From contig CAXBMO010000019.1 of the NCBI GenBank assembly GCA_963977015.1, positions 1 through 64,000 of the forward strand: a DNA stretch of 64,000 bases, given 5' to 3'. The notes beneath the pieces are model-generated. The model worked only from the letters and a program-made list of their open reading frames with translations. It was not told the DNA's origin and did no database searches. Both the position numbers and the translations under genes were made by a program. The DNA comes from an uncultured bacterium. GTDB taxonomy: Bacteria; Verrucomicrobiota; Verrucomicrobiia; Verrucomicrobiales; DEV007. Below, one piece after another: positions 1-9,100 of this stretch (position 1 is the first letter of the stretch; every line of letters begins with the position of its first letter).

Positions 1-28
1 TAGGGTAGCGCAGAACTTCAGTTTTCAA

Positions 29-54
29 GTGTCCATTTTTCGGGAAACAGGTCA
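29..54. mobile_element. Putative IS3-family terminal inverted repeat (rest of element outside window)
   Basis: Reverse complement reads TGACCTGTTTCCCGAAAAATGGACAC, resembling the TG...TGGACAC ends of IS3-family elements; HNH-like coding similarity starts immediately after position 54. Confidence 0.55.
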
Positions 55-258
55 CCCCGTTCTCGAGGAGGGGAAACCTCTTGGAAGAATTGCGTGATTG
101 CCGATAAGAAGGTCAACTCCCGGAAGGCGGACAAAACGCCGCGGGAAGCCGGCTTGAAGCTGATGACGCAACCCAAGGCGCCGCCTCGTCTCCCTGTGAC
201 GTTGCTCCTGAAGAATCGCGATGATATCGCCGATTGGGTGCCGTTTCTCGGGAAGTGA
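55..258 (+). pseudogene. C-terminal fragment of an HNH endonuclease
   Basis: Frame reads PRSRGGETSWKNCVIADKKVNSRKADKTPREAGLKL...DWVPFLGK*, typical of the second half of an HNH motif; the expected upstream DHV residues are missing and an in-frame TAG lies at 1-3. Confidence 0.65.
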
Positions 259-302
259 GGGTGTGACGCGGTTTTTTGGGAGGGAAGGTTGGCCGCGGAG
301 TT

Positions 303-369
303 AAGCTCCCGCCAGTGCCGTCGAGTTTGTGGTCAAACGCAGGTTCGGTCGTTGCATTGACGGGAGCTT
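303..369. terminator. Stem-loop between convergent genes, possible bidirectional terminator
   Basis: AAGCTCCCGCCAGTGC (303-318) pairs with GCATTGACGGGAGCTT (354-369), 14/16 Watson-Crick pairs, followed by T residues. Confidence 0.45.
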
Positions 370-372
370 TTC

Positions 373-1212
373 TTAATCCTCGATCGGTTGAATCCAGATA
401 TTGCGGAAACGAACGGGGTTTCCGTGATCCTGAATCTTGAGCGGGCCGGTGTCGGCGTGCTTTTGATACTCGGAAACCGAGTGCGGTCCGCGCCAGCCGG
501 TTCCGCCGGTAATCTGGACGTTGTCATGAATGACGTGGCCGTTGTGGACGACGTGGAACCTGGCTTTTCGGGTCACGGTGCCATCTTCGGCGAAGACCGG
601 ACGATGAAAGGTGATGTCGTAGGTTTGCCATTCGCCGGGTTTGCGGCTCGCGTTGACCAACGGTTTGGCCCGGCCGTAGAGCGCGCCACACTGACCGTCG
701 GGATAGGTCGTGTTCTCGTAGGAATCGAGAACCTGGACTTCGTACTGGCCCATCAGAAAGACGCCGCTGTTTCCGCGTCCCTGTCCATTGCCCTGCACCA
801 TGCTCGGCGTGGCGAACTCAACGTGGAGACGGCAGGAGCCGAACTCCTCTTTGCTCTGGATATAACCGGCACCCTTGACCGATTCCAACGCACCATCGAC
901 CAGCTTCCACTTCGTGGGTTGTCCATTGGTGGCAGACCAATTCTCAATTGCGGCATCGCTGCCATCAAAGAGAACGGTCGCGCCTTCGGGAGCTTTCGCC
1001 GCCTCCGCATCATAGGGCTTGGGCTCGACGACGGGCGGTTGCGGCTGCTTTTCCGCATCCGTTTCGTGGACCTTGATTCCGTCGATGAACATATATTCCA
1101 CCTTCTTGCCATTTTCTTCGCGGGTTTCTTTGACGATCTCCGGCTCGGCATGCGAGGCAACAGGCGCGGCAAGCATGCCGACAAGGAGCAGGAAATGAGG
1201 GGTTTTAAGCAT
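373..1212 (-). CDS. DUF1080 (3-keto-disaccharide hydrolase-like) secreted protein
   Basis: Signal peptide; LFDG, GNSGVFL, YEVQVLD, GEWQTYDITF and QDHGNPVRFRNIWI motifs; start moved to ATG at 1212. Confidence 0.85.
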   Translation of the reverse strand: MLKTPHFLLLVGMLAAPVASHAEPEIVKETREENGKKVEYMFIDGIKVHETDAEKQPQPPVVEPKPYDAEAAKAPEGATVLFDGSDAAIENWSATNGQPTKWKLVDGALESVKGAGYIQSKEEFGSCRLHVEFATPSMVQGNGQGRGNSGVFLMGQYEVQVLDSYENTTYPDGQCGALYGRAKPLVNASRKPGEWQTYDITFHRPVFAEDGTVTRKARFHVVHNGHVIHDNVQITGGTGWRGPHSVSEYQKHADTGPLKIQDHGNPVRFRNIWIQPIED

Positions 1213-1270
1213 GGGGAATTCTGGAAAGAAGTTCGGCCGGGTCAAGCGAACATTGTCGGAGGAATGCAGA

Positions 1271-2665
1271 CTACTTCTTCTGACTGGGAAGCGGCACGTG
1301 GGCTTCGTCGATGAACTTCTCGATCTCCGAAACCTTCTCCGGCATCGCGGATGCCAGATCTTTGGTCTCGTAAGGATCGTCGGTCAGGTTGTAAAGCTCC
1401 ATCGGCTTGCCCGCCGCTCGAAACGCCTTCCAGGGCCCCTGACGAACCGCCTGGGATGCAATCTTCTGGTCGGCGCCTTTGCAGAATTCCCAATACAGGT
1501 AGTCATGCTGCTTCTGGGCATCGTCGTTCCCCTGAAGCACGGGAAGGAAGGAAATGCCGTCAATATCCGCCGGAGCCGGTTGTCCCAGAAGCTCGGCGAA
1601 GGTCGGAAGCACGTCCTGAAACGAGCTGAGATGATCGCTCGTTGATTTTGCCGGCGTCATCCCGGGCCACCGCACCAAAAACGGAGTGCGAATCCCGCCC
1701 TCATGCATGTCGCGCTTGTGGCCGCGCAAACTTCCGGACGAATTCCAGAACTTCGGATCGTGACCGCCTTCCTTGTGCGCCCCGTTATCGCTCGAAAAGA
1801 GGATCATCGTCTGCGCATCGATTCCCAGTTCCTTGAGCAACTCGAGAATCGCCCCCACCTCGTTGTCGAAATGCTCCATCATCGCGGCGAACCCGGCGAT
1901 CGGGTTCTGCACCGGCGGGCAGGGTTCATCGGCCGCTCCATACTTGCCGATCTTGTTGTCAAACTGAGGGAACGCCTTGCGCCACTTCTCATGCAGTTCT
2001 TTCGGGGCGTGCATCGCCGCATGGGGAATCGCCGTCGGGATATAGCAGAAGAACGGTTGGTCCGCCTCCGCGCTGCGCCGGATGAAACTTCGCGCCTTCT
2101 CCATCACCAATGGATTCACATACGTGCCTTCCTCCACCGGGATCTCCTTTCCATTGTGAACCAGGGTTCGTGGATAATAGGTGTGGGCAATCGTCTGGCT
2201 TTTCCAACCGTAGAACTCATCGAACCCGTGTGTCAGGGGATTCTGATCGCCCTCCTTGTTGGTTACGCCCATTCCCCACTTTCCATACGCGCCCGTCGCA
2301 TAACCTGCCGCTTTGAAGATCTCCGGCAGCACCGTGCGTTCCGGATCGAGCGATGCGCCGACTTCCCCCTTAAGGTTTCCCCGCAGATAAACCCGGCCCG
2401 AATGCAGACCGGTCATGAGCACCGCCCGCGAAGGACTGCAGACCGTATTACCCGAATAATGGTTCGTGAACTGCATCCCCTCGCTCGCCAACCGATCGAT
2501 GTGCGGCGTTTTGAGCTTTTCCTGGCCGTAACAGGAGAGATCGCCATACCCAAGGTCATCCGCCAGGATATAGATCACGTTCGGGGTTTCAGCGCCGGTG
2601 GCCAGCGTCGCGCCAATCCAGGAACACAGGAGCAGGCAGGAAGTAAGGGGTTTCCAAGTCATCAT
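1271..2665 (-). CDS. Arylsulfatase-family (S1) sulfatase
   Basis: PNVIYILADDLGYGD, CSPSR formylglycine motif, GKWG, SDNG, EGGIR; signal peptide. Confidence 0.92.
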   Translation of the reverse strand: MMTWKPLTSCLLLCSWIGATLATGAETPNVIYILADDLGYGDLSCYGQEKLKTPHIDRLASEGMQFTNHYSGNTVCSPSRAVLMTGLHSGRVYLRGNLKGEVGASLDPERTVLPEIFKAAGYATGAYGKWGMGVTNKEGDQNPLTHGFDEFYGWKSQTIAHTYYPRTLVHNGKEIPVEEGTYVNPLVMEKARSFIRRSAEADQPFFCYIPTAIPHAAMHAPKELHEKWRKAFPQFDNKIGKYGAADEPCPPVQNPIAGFAAMMEHFDNEVGAILELLKELGIDAQTMILFSSDNGAHKEGGHDPKFWNSSGSLRGHKRDMHEGGIRTPFLVRWPGMTPAKSTSDHLSSFQDVLPTFAELLGQPAPADIDGISFLPVLQGNDDAQKQHDYLYWEFCKGADQKIASQAVRQGPWKAFRAAGKPMELYNLTDDPYETKDLASAMPEKVSEIEKFIDEAHVPLPSQKK

Positions 2666-2851
2666 CCGGCAAACTGGCACCAAATTCGGGAATCGACATC
2701 CGGTAATCTCGATCTTTGAAACTTCACCCAACTTGCCAACCTGTCCGCCAACGCTTCCCAGAAGCTCTGAGTGAGCCTATTATGCCCTGGAGATAATGTC
2801 CCTTTCATTAACGAAAGGTCTGAGAAAACGCAGCTTTGCGCTGTTAAAGGA

Positions 2852-3301
2852 TTACGCTCCGGAATTCATAAATCGTGTACGAAGGGTTTCTAACGCAGGT
2901 TCCGCCAACGCCAAACGAAGTTCGTTGACTTTCATATTTGAATTTTTGGACCCGAGCAACTCCTGAGATACTTCACGCAGTTTTGGGCCGGTAAGTCCTC
3001 GACAAGCATCGAGTGCGAATTTTCTTGCCTCTTCAAATTCAGGAGAAGGCCAAGTCCTCACCTCGTCGTACAGTTTACGAAGGTGAGTAACCGTTGATTG
3101 AATGTTTGCGTTTGTTGCCTTCTTTTTGGTTGGGGCTTTCTTTTGCTTACGGATTTTTGGAATTAGGGAATCAAGTCTGGCGTCTCCGCAACTTTCAAGT
3201 GCTTCGACAAACTGCCTGAGCGATTCTCGATCGTAATTGGAAAGAGATTTAGAAGTGGACGAGGCCTCCCTGATCAGTTCGGCAAGGTGAGTTGACTTCA
3301 T
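2852..3301 (-). CDS. Hypothetical protein translationally coupled to the ParA-like gene
   Basis: ATG overlaps the upstream TGA (ATGA at 3298-3301); ~149 aa with a Lys-rich linker KIRKQKKAPTKKK. Confidence 0.7.
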   Translation of the reverse strand: MKSTHLAELIREASSTSKSLSNYDRESLRQFVEALESCGDARLDSLIPKIRKQKKAPTKKKATNANIQSTVTHLRKLYDEVRTWPSPEFEEARKFALDACRGLTGPKLREVSQELLGSKNSNMKVNELRLALAEPALETLRTRFMNSGA

Positions 3302-4560
3302 TGGACCAACTGTATTGTTTTTCGCGAGTGATCGGGTGAAATTGGACTTACAGCAAGCCAATCCATTACCTCCCCTGAAAAACTGGAATATTGACTATGT
3401 ACATCAGAGCTGTCGATCGCCAACGAAAGCTTGGAGTCAAGAGCGGTTGCAGCTTTCGAATAAGCAATCAATTCCTTGAACACAGTTTGGGCTCCCTCAA
3501 CCTCTAGTTTTATTCCTCTGATACCTTTGATATCATTTGCCAATTTTTTCACCGCCGTTCTCGCCTGATCAACATGTGTCTTATGGGATCCACAGCGGTT
3601 GGCGACAATGGCAAATTTCGGCGGTTCAAATGTTGCCTGCTCCCACAAAATTCGGTGAAGCGAATGCATTGCGGGCGAAAAGAAAAACCGTGCCCCATCC
3701 ATGGACAGTTGATCTGGAGTGACAGGCAAGATAACCAAATCTGCGATCGAAAGCCCCCCGGTTAGGCTTAGTGTGACCCTTGGAGGGCAATCGAGAATTA
3801 CAAAGTCGTAGTCAGCAGTATTTCGTCTGATCCAATCGCCAACGAGAAATCGGGCGTCATACTGGCTTTCGCCTCCAAACCATCTAAGGAGCGCAGTATC
3901 TTCCTCCAGTCCAAGACGAAGAGACGTAGGAACGACTTTAAATTCAGGCTGATCGGACCGTCTTGTCTCCATTTCGGACCAACGAGGCTTATCAACGGAG
4001 TCAGTTGCGTATGCGTCCAGGGCGGATGCGATTGGGGTCAATTCCCCGTCGTAGTCGAGCTTTCCTCCTACCTGTTGTTGAGTCAGGCAAAGGCGGGTCA
4101 GAGATTGTTGCCAGTCCAAGTCGACAACTGCTACTCTGTAGCCTTGTTCAGCCAACCTGGCACCTAGATTTGCGGTGACGGTTGTCTTTCCAACGCCGCC
4201 CTTCAGATTGGCAACAGCGATGATGCGAGGTTTTGTTTTTGGCAATGGATCGTGACGCCCCCTCGGAACTCGCCAAATTCCCTGATTGTTGGCTGCATTA
4301 ATCCGGTTTTGAAACCGATGGAGCCTTGCGAGGGAATCCTGAACCGATTTGATTAACTCTTCTTGATTTGTTTCCTTAGGGATGTCCTTTAACGAGTTTC
4401 GAAGTTTATCAAAACACCGTTCAAGACGGTGATGTTTTCCGACCAAAGACAGGTGGCGCCAAAACAGTGTGCCAAGAAGAGTTAGGCAAAGGACCAAGGC
4501 CCTCTGAATGTTGTCCTCCGGCAGTAACTCCCTAAATACGCTTTCAAAAAATTCGCCCAT
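3298..4560 (-). CDS. ParA/Soj-family ATPase with N-terminal transmembrane and coiled-coil extension
   Basis: Deviant Walker A NLKGGVGKTT, DLDWQ, Walker B ILDCPP; hydrophobic ALVLCLTLLGTLFW near the N-terminus. Confidence 0.85.
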   Translation of the reverse strand: MGEFFESVFRELLPEDNIQRALVLCLTLLGTLFWRHLSLVGKHHRLERCFDKLRNSLKDIPKETNQEELIKSVQDSLARLHRFQNRINAANNQGIWRVPRGRHDPLPKTKPRIIAVANLKGGVGKTTVTANLGARLAEQGYRVAVVDLDWQQSLTRLCLTQQQVGGKLDYDGELTPIASALDAYATDSVDKPRWSEMETRRSDQPEFKVVPTSLRLGLEEDTALLRWFGGESQYDARFLVGDWIRRNTADYDFVILDCPPRVTLSLTGGLSIADLVILPVTPDQLSMDGARFFFSPAMHSLHRILWEQATFEPPKFAIVANRCGSHKTHVDQARTAVKKLANDIKGIRGIKLEVEGAQTVFKELIAYSKAATALDSKLSLAIDSSDVHSQYSSFSGEVMDWLAVSPISPDHSRKTIQLVQ

Positions 4561-4803
4561 GAGAGGAAGCTAGAACGGACCCCAATTTCACACCAGCATT
4601 TTCTTCTTCCTACTTCAGAAAAATGTGAACTTCAGTTCGCCCCTGTAGCCGCAGGCAACGAGGAGCGGCATTGGTCAATCGTCGCGACCTTCCGTTTTAG
4701 TGGAAGAAAAGCGAGTCACCTTCTGGAAGCGTTCAGTCAAGGAAGTTTGGAAGCTGGGCGATGCCTTGTAAACGACCTTATAGGTGTAGTTTGGTGGCTT
4801 GAT

Positions 4804-5892
4804 TTAGACAGTCTGACTCCGGACCCTGGCGATCCGCTGTCGAATCCAGTCGGTGGTGGGTTGTTTCCAGGGAGACTCGAGGATCCGCTTTTCGACCAGG
4901 TGCCAGGACAGAGCGGCGAGGCCGAGGGTGATTCCGAAGGTGAGGCCGAGATGCGGCAACAGCCCGATTGCGGGAATCATGGCGACGACTTGGCCGATGA
5001 AGCCGCCGTAGATATACATTCCGTAGGAGTAGTCCCCGCATTGATTGTAGTTGCGGATCCAACCACCGGGCAGAAAGACGAGACAGATGGTGAAGTAGGG
5101 CAGCAGAATGGGGTAGATCCACTCGAAGGCGGCCGGTGCGAATACCATGGAGAGGAGGAGGCCCAGCGACGAAAGGGCGAACGCGCCCCAATGCAGGCGG
5201 ATCTTGTCGCGGAAAAGGAAGAAGCACATGCCGGCGGCGAACATCGCGGGAAACCGAAAATCCGACGTCCAGTTCTCGAGGTCGACATAGCTGCTGTAAA
5301 GATGAACGCCGCAAATGATGGCGCTGAAACCGAGAAGCGCGAGGCGATGGCGGAACGCTCCCACCAGGCCGATGATGGCGATGGCAAAGTAGCAGTAGAG
5401 TTCCCACGACAACGTCCACAGCGAAACGTTGGTCCAGGTGGGGTGGGGGTTGTTGACGAAGTCGCCGGGTAGGTCGCCGCCGCTTCCAAACACCATTAAG
5501 AGGTTCTTTGCTGTCCACTTCCAGGTCTCCGTGTGAGCCAGGAACTCGCGCAGCGGGATGGACGTGATCATTGTGCTGACGATAAGGACGAAGGCGACAT
5601 TGACCCAAAGTGCCGGATAAATCCGCGTGACACGGGACATCATGAACGAGGCGAGATCACTCCGGCGAATCCAGCTTTGCGCGATCAGGAAGCCGCTCAT
5701 GATGAAGAACATGTCGACGGCGACATAACCCATTGGCACCGAGGTCAGCCGAAAGAGCGGCTCGAGATGCTCGTCTCCGTCGGTAAACGTATAGCTGTGG
5801 GTGAATACCACCATCGTCGCCAAAACCATTCGGATGAGCAGGAAGTTGTTGTCCCGCCCCTGTGCAGAATCAGCGAGGGCTAATCGTTTCAT
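4804..5892 (-). CDS. Acyltransferase-3 family membrane O-acyltransferase
   Basis: RxxLAxxVVFTHS, AVDMFFIMSGFLI, RVTRIYP, NVSLWTLSWE, GDYSYGMY, SWHLVEK; multiple TM segments. Confidence 0.9.
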   Translation of the reverse strand: MKRLALADSAQGRDNNFLLIRMVLATMVVFTHSYTFTDGDEHLEPLFRLTSVPMGYVAVDMFFIMSGFLIAQSWIRRSDLASFMMSRVTRIYPALWVNVAFVLIVSTMITSIPLREFLAHTETWKWTAKNLLMVFGSGGDLPGDFVNNPHPTWTNVSLWTLSWELYCYFAIAIIGLVGAFRHRLALLGFSAIICGVHLYSSYVDLENWTSDFRFPAMFAAGMCFFLFRDKIRLHWGAFALSSLGLLLSMVFAPAAFEWIYPILLPYFTICLVFLPGGWIRNYNQCGDYSYGMYIYGGFIGQVVAMIPAIGLLPHLGLTFGITLGLAALSWHLVEKRILESPWKQPTTDWIRQRIARVRSQTV

Positions 5893-5963
5893 GGAATGTC
5901 AGTTGGACAAGATAATCTCACTTCCGGATTATGAAAATTATAATCATCGAGCGAATGCCGGAT

Positions 5964-6049
5964 TTAGGAACCGGGAGAAAACCGGATCGACAGCATCTCT
6001 CCTTCATTCACCGGAATCGTGAAACTCTGGCTCCAGGTCGCGGATTCCG
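5964..6049 (-). repeat. Orphan duplicate of the last 86 bp of the LamG gene (direct repeat of 12285-12370)
   Basis: 77/86 identical, no gaps, by hand alignment; encodes ESATWSQSFTIPVNEGEMLSIRFSPGS* versus ESATWSQSFTIPVNEEKKVSIRFSPGS*. Confidence 0.92.
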
Positions 6050-6189
6050 TTCCACGTTCCGGATATTGGGAAATCGACGACCTGACTGCCGCGCTTCAAA
6101 ATTTGTAGACAGCCAACTGAAATTCAAAAACATAGTGAATCTCAGTTCGTGCTTTCCTAGAAACGGATGAACTCTTAACGATTGTCAGC

Positions 6190-9100
6190 ATGTCAGAGCA
6201 GGAGCCCCAACCGCTGGATCCAAATGAACCCACTGAAGTCGATGCCGGCGCGGCATTTGCGATGGGTGCCAATTCTACCAACCCTTCCGCCATGGCTGGA
6301 TGGAAGCCGCCGGAACCGTCAGAACTCGACCCGCTTCTTCCGAACTACTCGGTCGAGAAACTGCTCGGAAGAGGGGGGATGGGCGCGGTTTATAAGGCGA
6401 TTCAGAAGAACTTGAAACGTCCGGTGGCGATCAAGCTGCTTCCCGCGGAGATGGCGCAGGCCGATCCCAGCTTCGCGGAGCGCTTTCGTCGCGAAGCTCA
6501 GGCGATGGCCGCGCTCGATCATCCGAACATTGTCACGGTCTTTGATTTCGGCGAAACGTCGGCCGGCCACTACTATTTCGTGATGGAGTATGTCGATGGA
6601 ATGGATTTCCATCAACTGATCCACAGTAACCAGCTGGATGCAGTGGGGGCGCTCAATGCGGTGAGCCAAATATGTGACGCACTCGAATACGCGCACAGCA
6701 AGGGCTACGTTCATCGCGACATTAAGCCGGCCAATATTTTCATCAATCAGTCGGGGATTCTCAAGGTTGGGGACTTTGGCCTCGCCAAGATGATCACGAG
6801 CGATGAACCGGTCAGCTCGGTCAAGGAGGCGCATTTGACTCGGACGGGGATCAGCATGGGCACTCCCATCTACTCGGCGCCCGAACAGATGGATGGGCGC
6901 CCGGTCGATCAGCGTGCGGATATCTACAGCCTCGGGGTGATGTTTTACGAGATGCTAACGCACGAGTTGCCGCGCGGCCGCTTTCCTCCCCCTTCTCAAA
7001 AGGTTCAAGTCGATGTCCGGTTGGATCAGGTCGTGCTCAAGGCGATGGAGAGCGAGCCTGAAATGCGCTACGCCAGCGCCACGGAGATGCGAACCGAGGT
7101 GGACGAAGTCCGCAGTGGGGAGACGGCGTCGCAACCCGTTGCCGGGAAAAAGCCGAACGGGCTCGCGCTTTGGGTGAGCCTGATTGGGGTGGTGGGATTG
7201 GCGGTCGCAGCGTTCTTCTTCATCAGGCCCCAACTGAAGGAGGAAACGGAAAAAGCCGTGAAACCCAGCTTGCCGGCTCGACCCGCCGAGGAACACGCGC
7301 TCCATCCCGTTGAGGCGAATCCTCCCACCAAAATCGAGTCCATTGCCGGAGGTCAAGGCCGCCCGGTGTTGGTCGATCTGTTTCCGGACAACGATGTCGA
7401 GTTCAACAGTTTACCTCCGGAATTGGACGGAGTGATTTCGGCGGCCATCTTGCCCGCAGATCCAAAGATCACCTATTTTGTGAGGAAGAACGGTCGACTC
7501 TGGATGCGCAAGGATACCAATGAACACTGGATTCACGAAGCATCCTCCGTCAGGGATGTGCTTTGTACCTATCGTCCGTATGCGATCACCGAGGCTGGCG
7601 ATTTGATTCGACCTACCTACGGTCAAGGCCGGCGTTGGCAAGTTCATGCCGCTGGCCCCTGGATCGATGTGGCGCCGGGGATGGGGATGCTCGTTGGGAT
7701 CAATCGGGACCGAAAACTGGTTTCGATCCCCAGTTTTGCCGATGATCAGGAGAAGCATTCCAGACGCTTCCGGCTACCGGAATTTGAGAACGCGACGCAG
7801 GTCAGCCTGGGCGGCGGAACGGGAATGGTTATGGACCAAGAGGGGAATTGGAGAGAATGGGGATGGAACGCCTTGAAAGGACTCCAGAATCCTGACTACT
7901 CGCTAAAAATGAAGTCTGTGGGAGCGGGCGGAGATATGGATCTGGCAATCACGCACGATGGCAAAGTGGTCATGTACAGAGCTAAGCCATCGAGTGACAT
8001 CCGGGGACAACTGGAGTCAATACGAGACGCGGAGGCGATCTTCAGCGCGTCCGGAGCACAGGGCGCATTCGCGATTCGTTTGAAAGGGAATCGCTGGCGT
8101 GTGCTTTTCAAGAGTGACAAGGGCTTGAAGATAGTCGATCCCGCCATCACCGACGCTCTCACCGGATGCCGGGAAGTTGCTTTGATTCAAGAGGTGGCGA
8201 TTGGGTTGCGGGATTTGCCGGAGGAGGAACCGGAAATCCCATCGATCGCCAACGGCAAAGGCCGCCCCACGATTCTTTCCCTTGATCCCGCAGTTCCCGA
8301 TCCGCAGGTACCACCGGAATTCGATGGGATCGTCGCCGCGAGCGTGCCCCCGGAGCATCGTGAGACGTTGGTTCGCGATCATCGGACCTGTTTCGTCCGG
8401 AAAGACGGAACCGGCTGGGATTTCAACGCATACACCAACCGGCTCATTCATAAGATGGATGGCGTTCGGGATGTGGCTCTCAATGGAGCCGATCATTGCT
8501 GGCTCAGTGAGGGTGGCGAAATGATCCCTTGGCCGGGAACTCACGAGGATAAAATTCACGCGATACCCAAGGGGCCATTTTCGAGACTCGAGGCCGGACA
8601 CACCGTCTATTTCGGGCTTGGCTCGGCTGGCGATATTGCGGCATGGCCGGTCAACGAACATCCGCTCAAGCATCCTCCGGAATTGGAGAGTGTCGTAGAC
8701 CTGGACGGCGGTAAGAAGCATGCCATTGCTTTGACGGAGGACGGCGATGTGGTGTGCTGGGGAGTCGGATTTGAGGGATCGACAACCGTACCCTTAGCTC
8801 TGAAAAACGTCCGAGTCGTTTCGGTTGGCGCTGTTGATGACGGCTCGATTGCCATCACCGAATCTGGAGAAGTAGTTTCCTGGGGAGGCGGAATCCGCCC
8901 GGAATTGAAGGCTGCGCTCGACTCCATAACCGACGCAGAGAAAGTTTTCACCGAGAGTGCGGGCCAGAAAGCTCTCGCGATCAAACGGACCGGAAAGAAG
9001 TGGTTTGTTTGGGTCAATTTCAAGGGAAATGGTTACGCCTTGCCGCCTGAGCAATTGGCAAAACTCGAAGGCTGCGACGAGGTCGCGTTGGGCGGGAGAT

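Noticed and set aside
2761-4580. ParA module as an integron cassette
   Set aside because: GTTCTAG precedes the gene but the sequence after the last stop (CTTTAAC) is not complementary and no convincing palindrome follows
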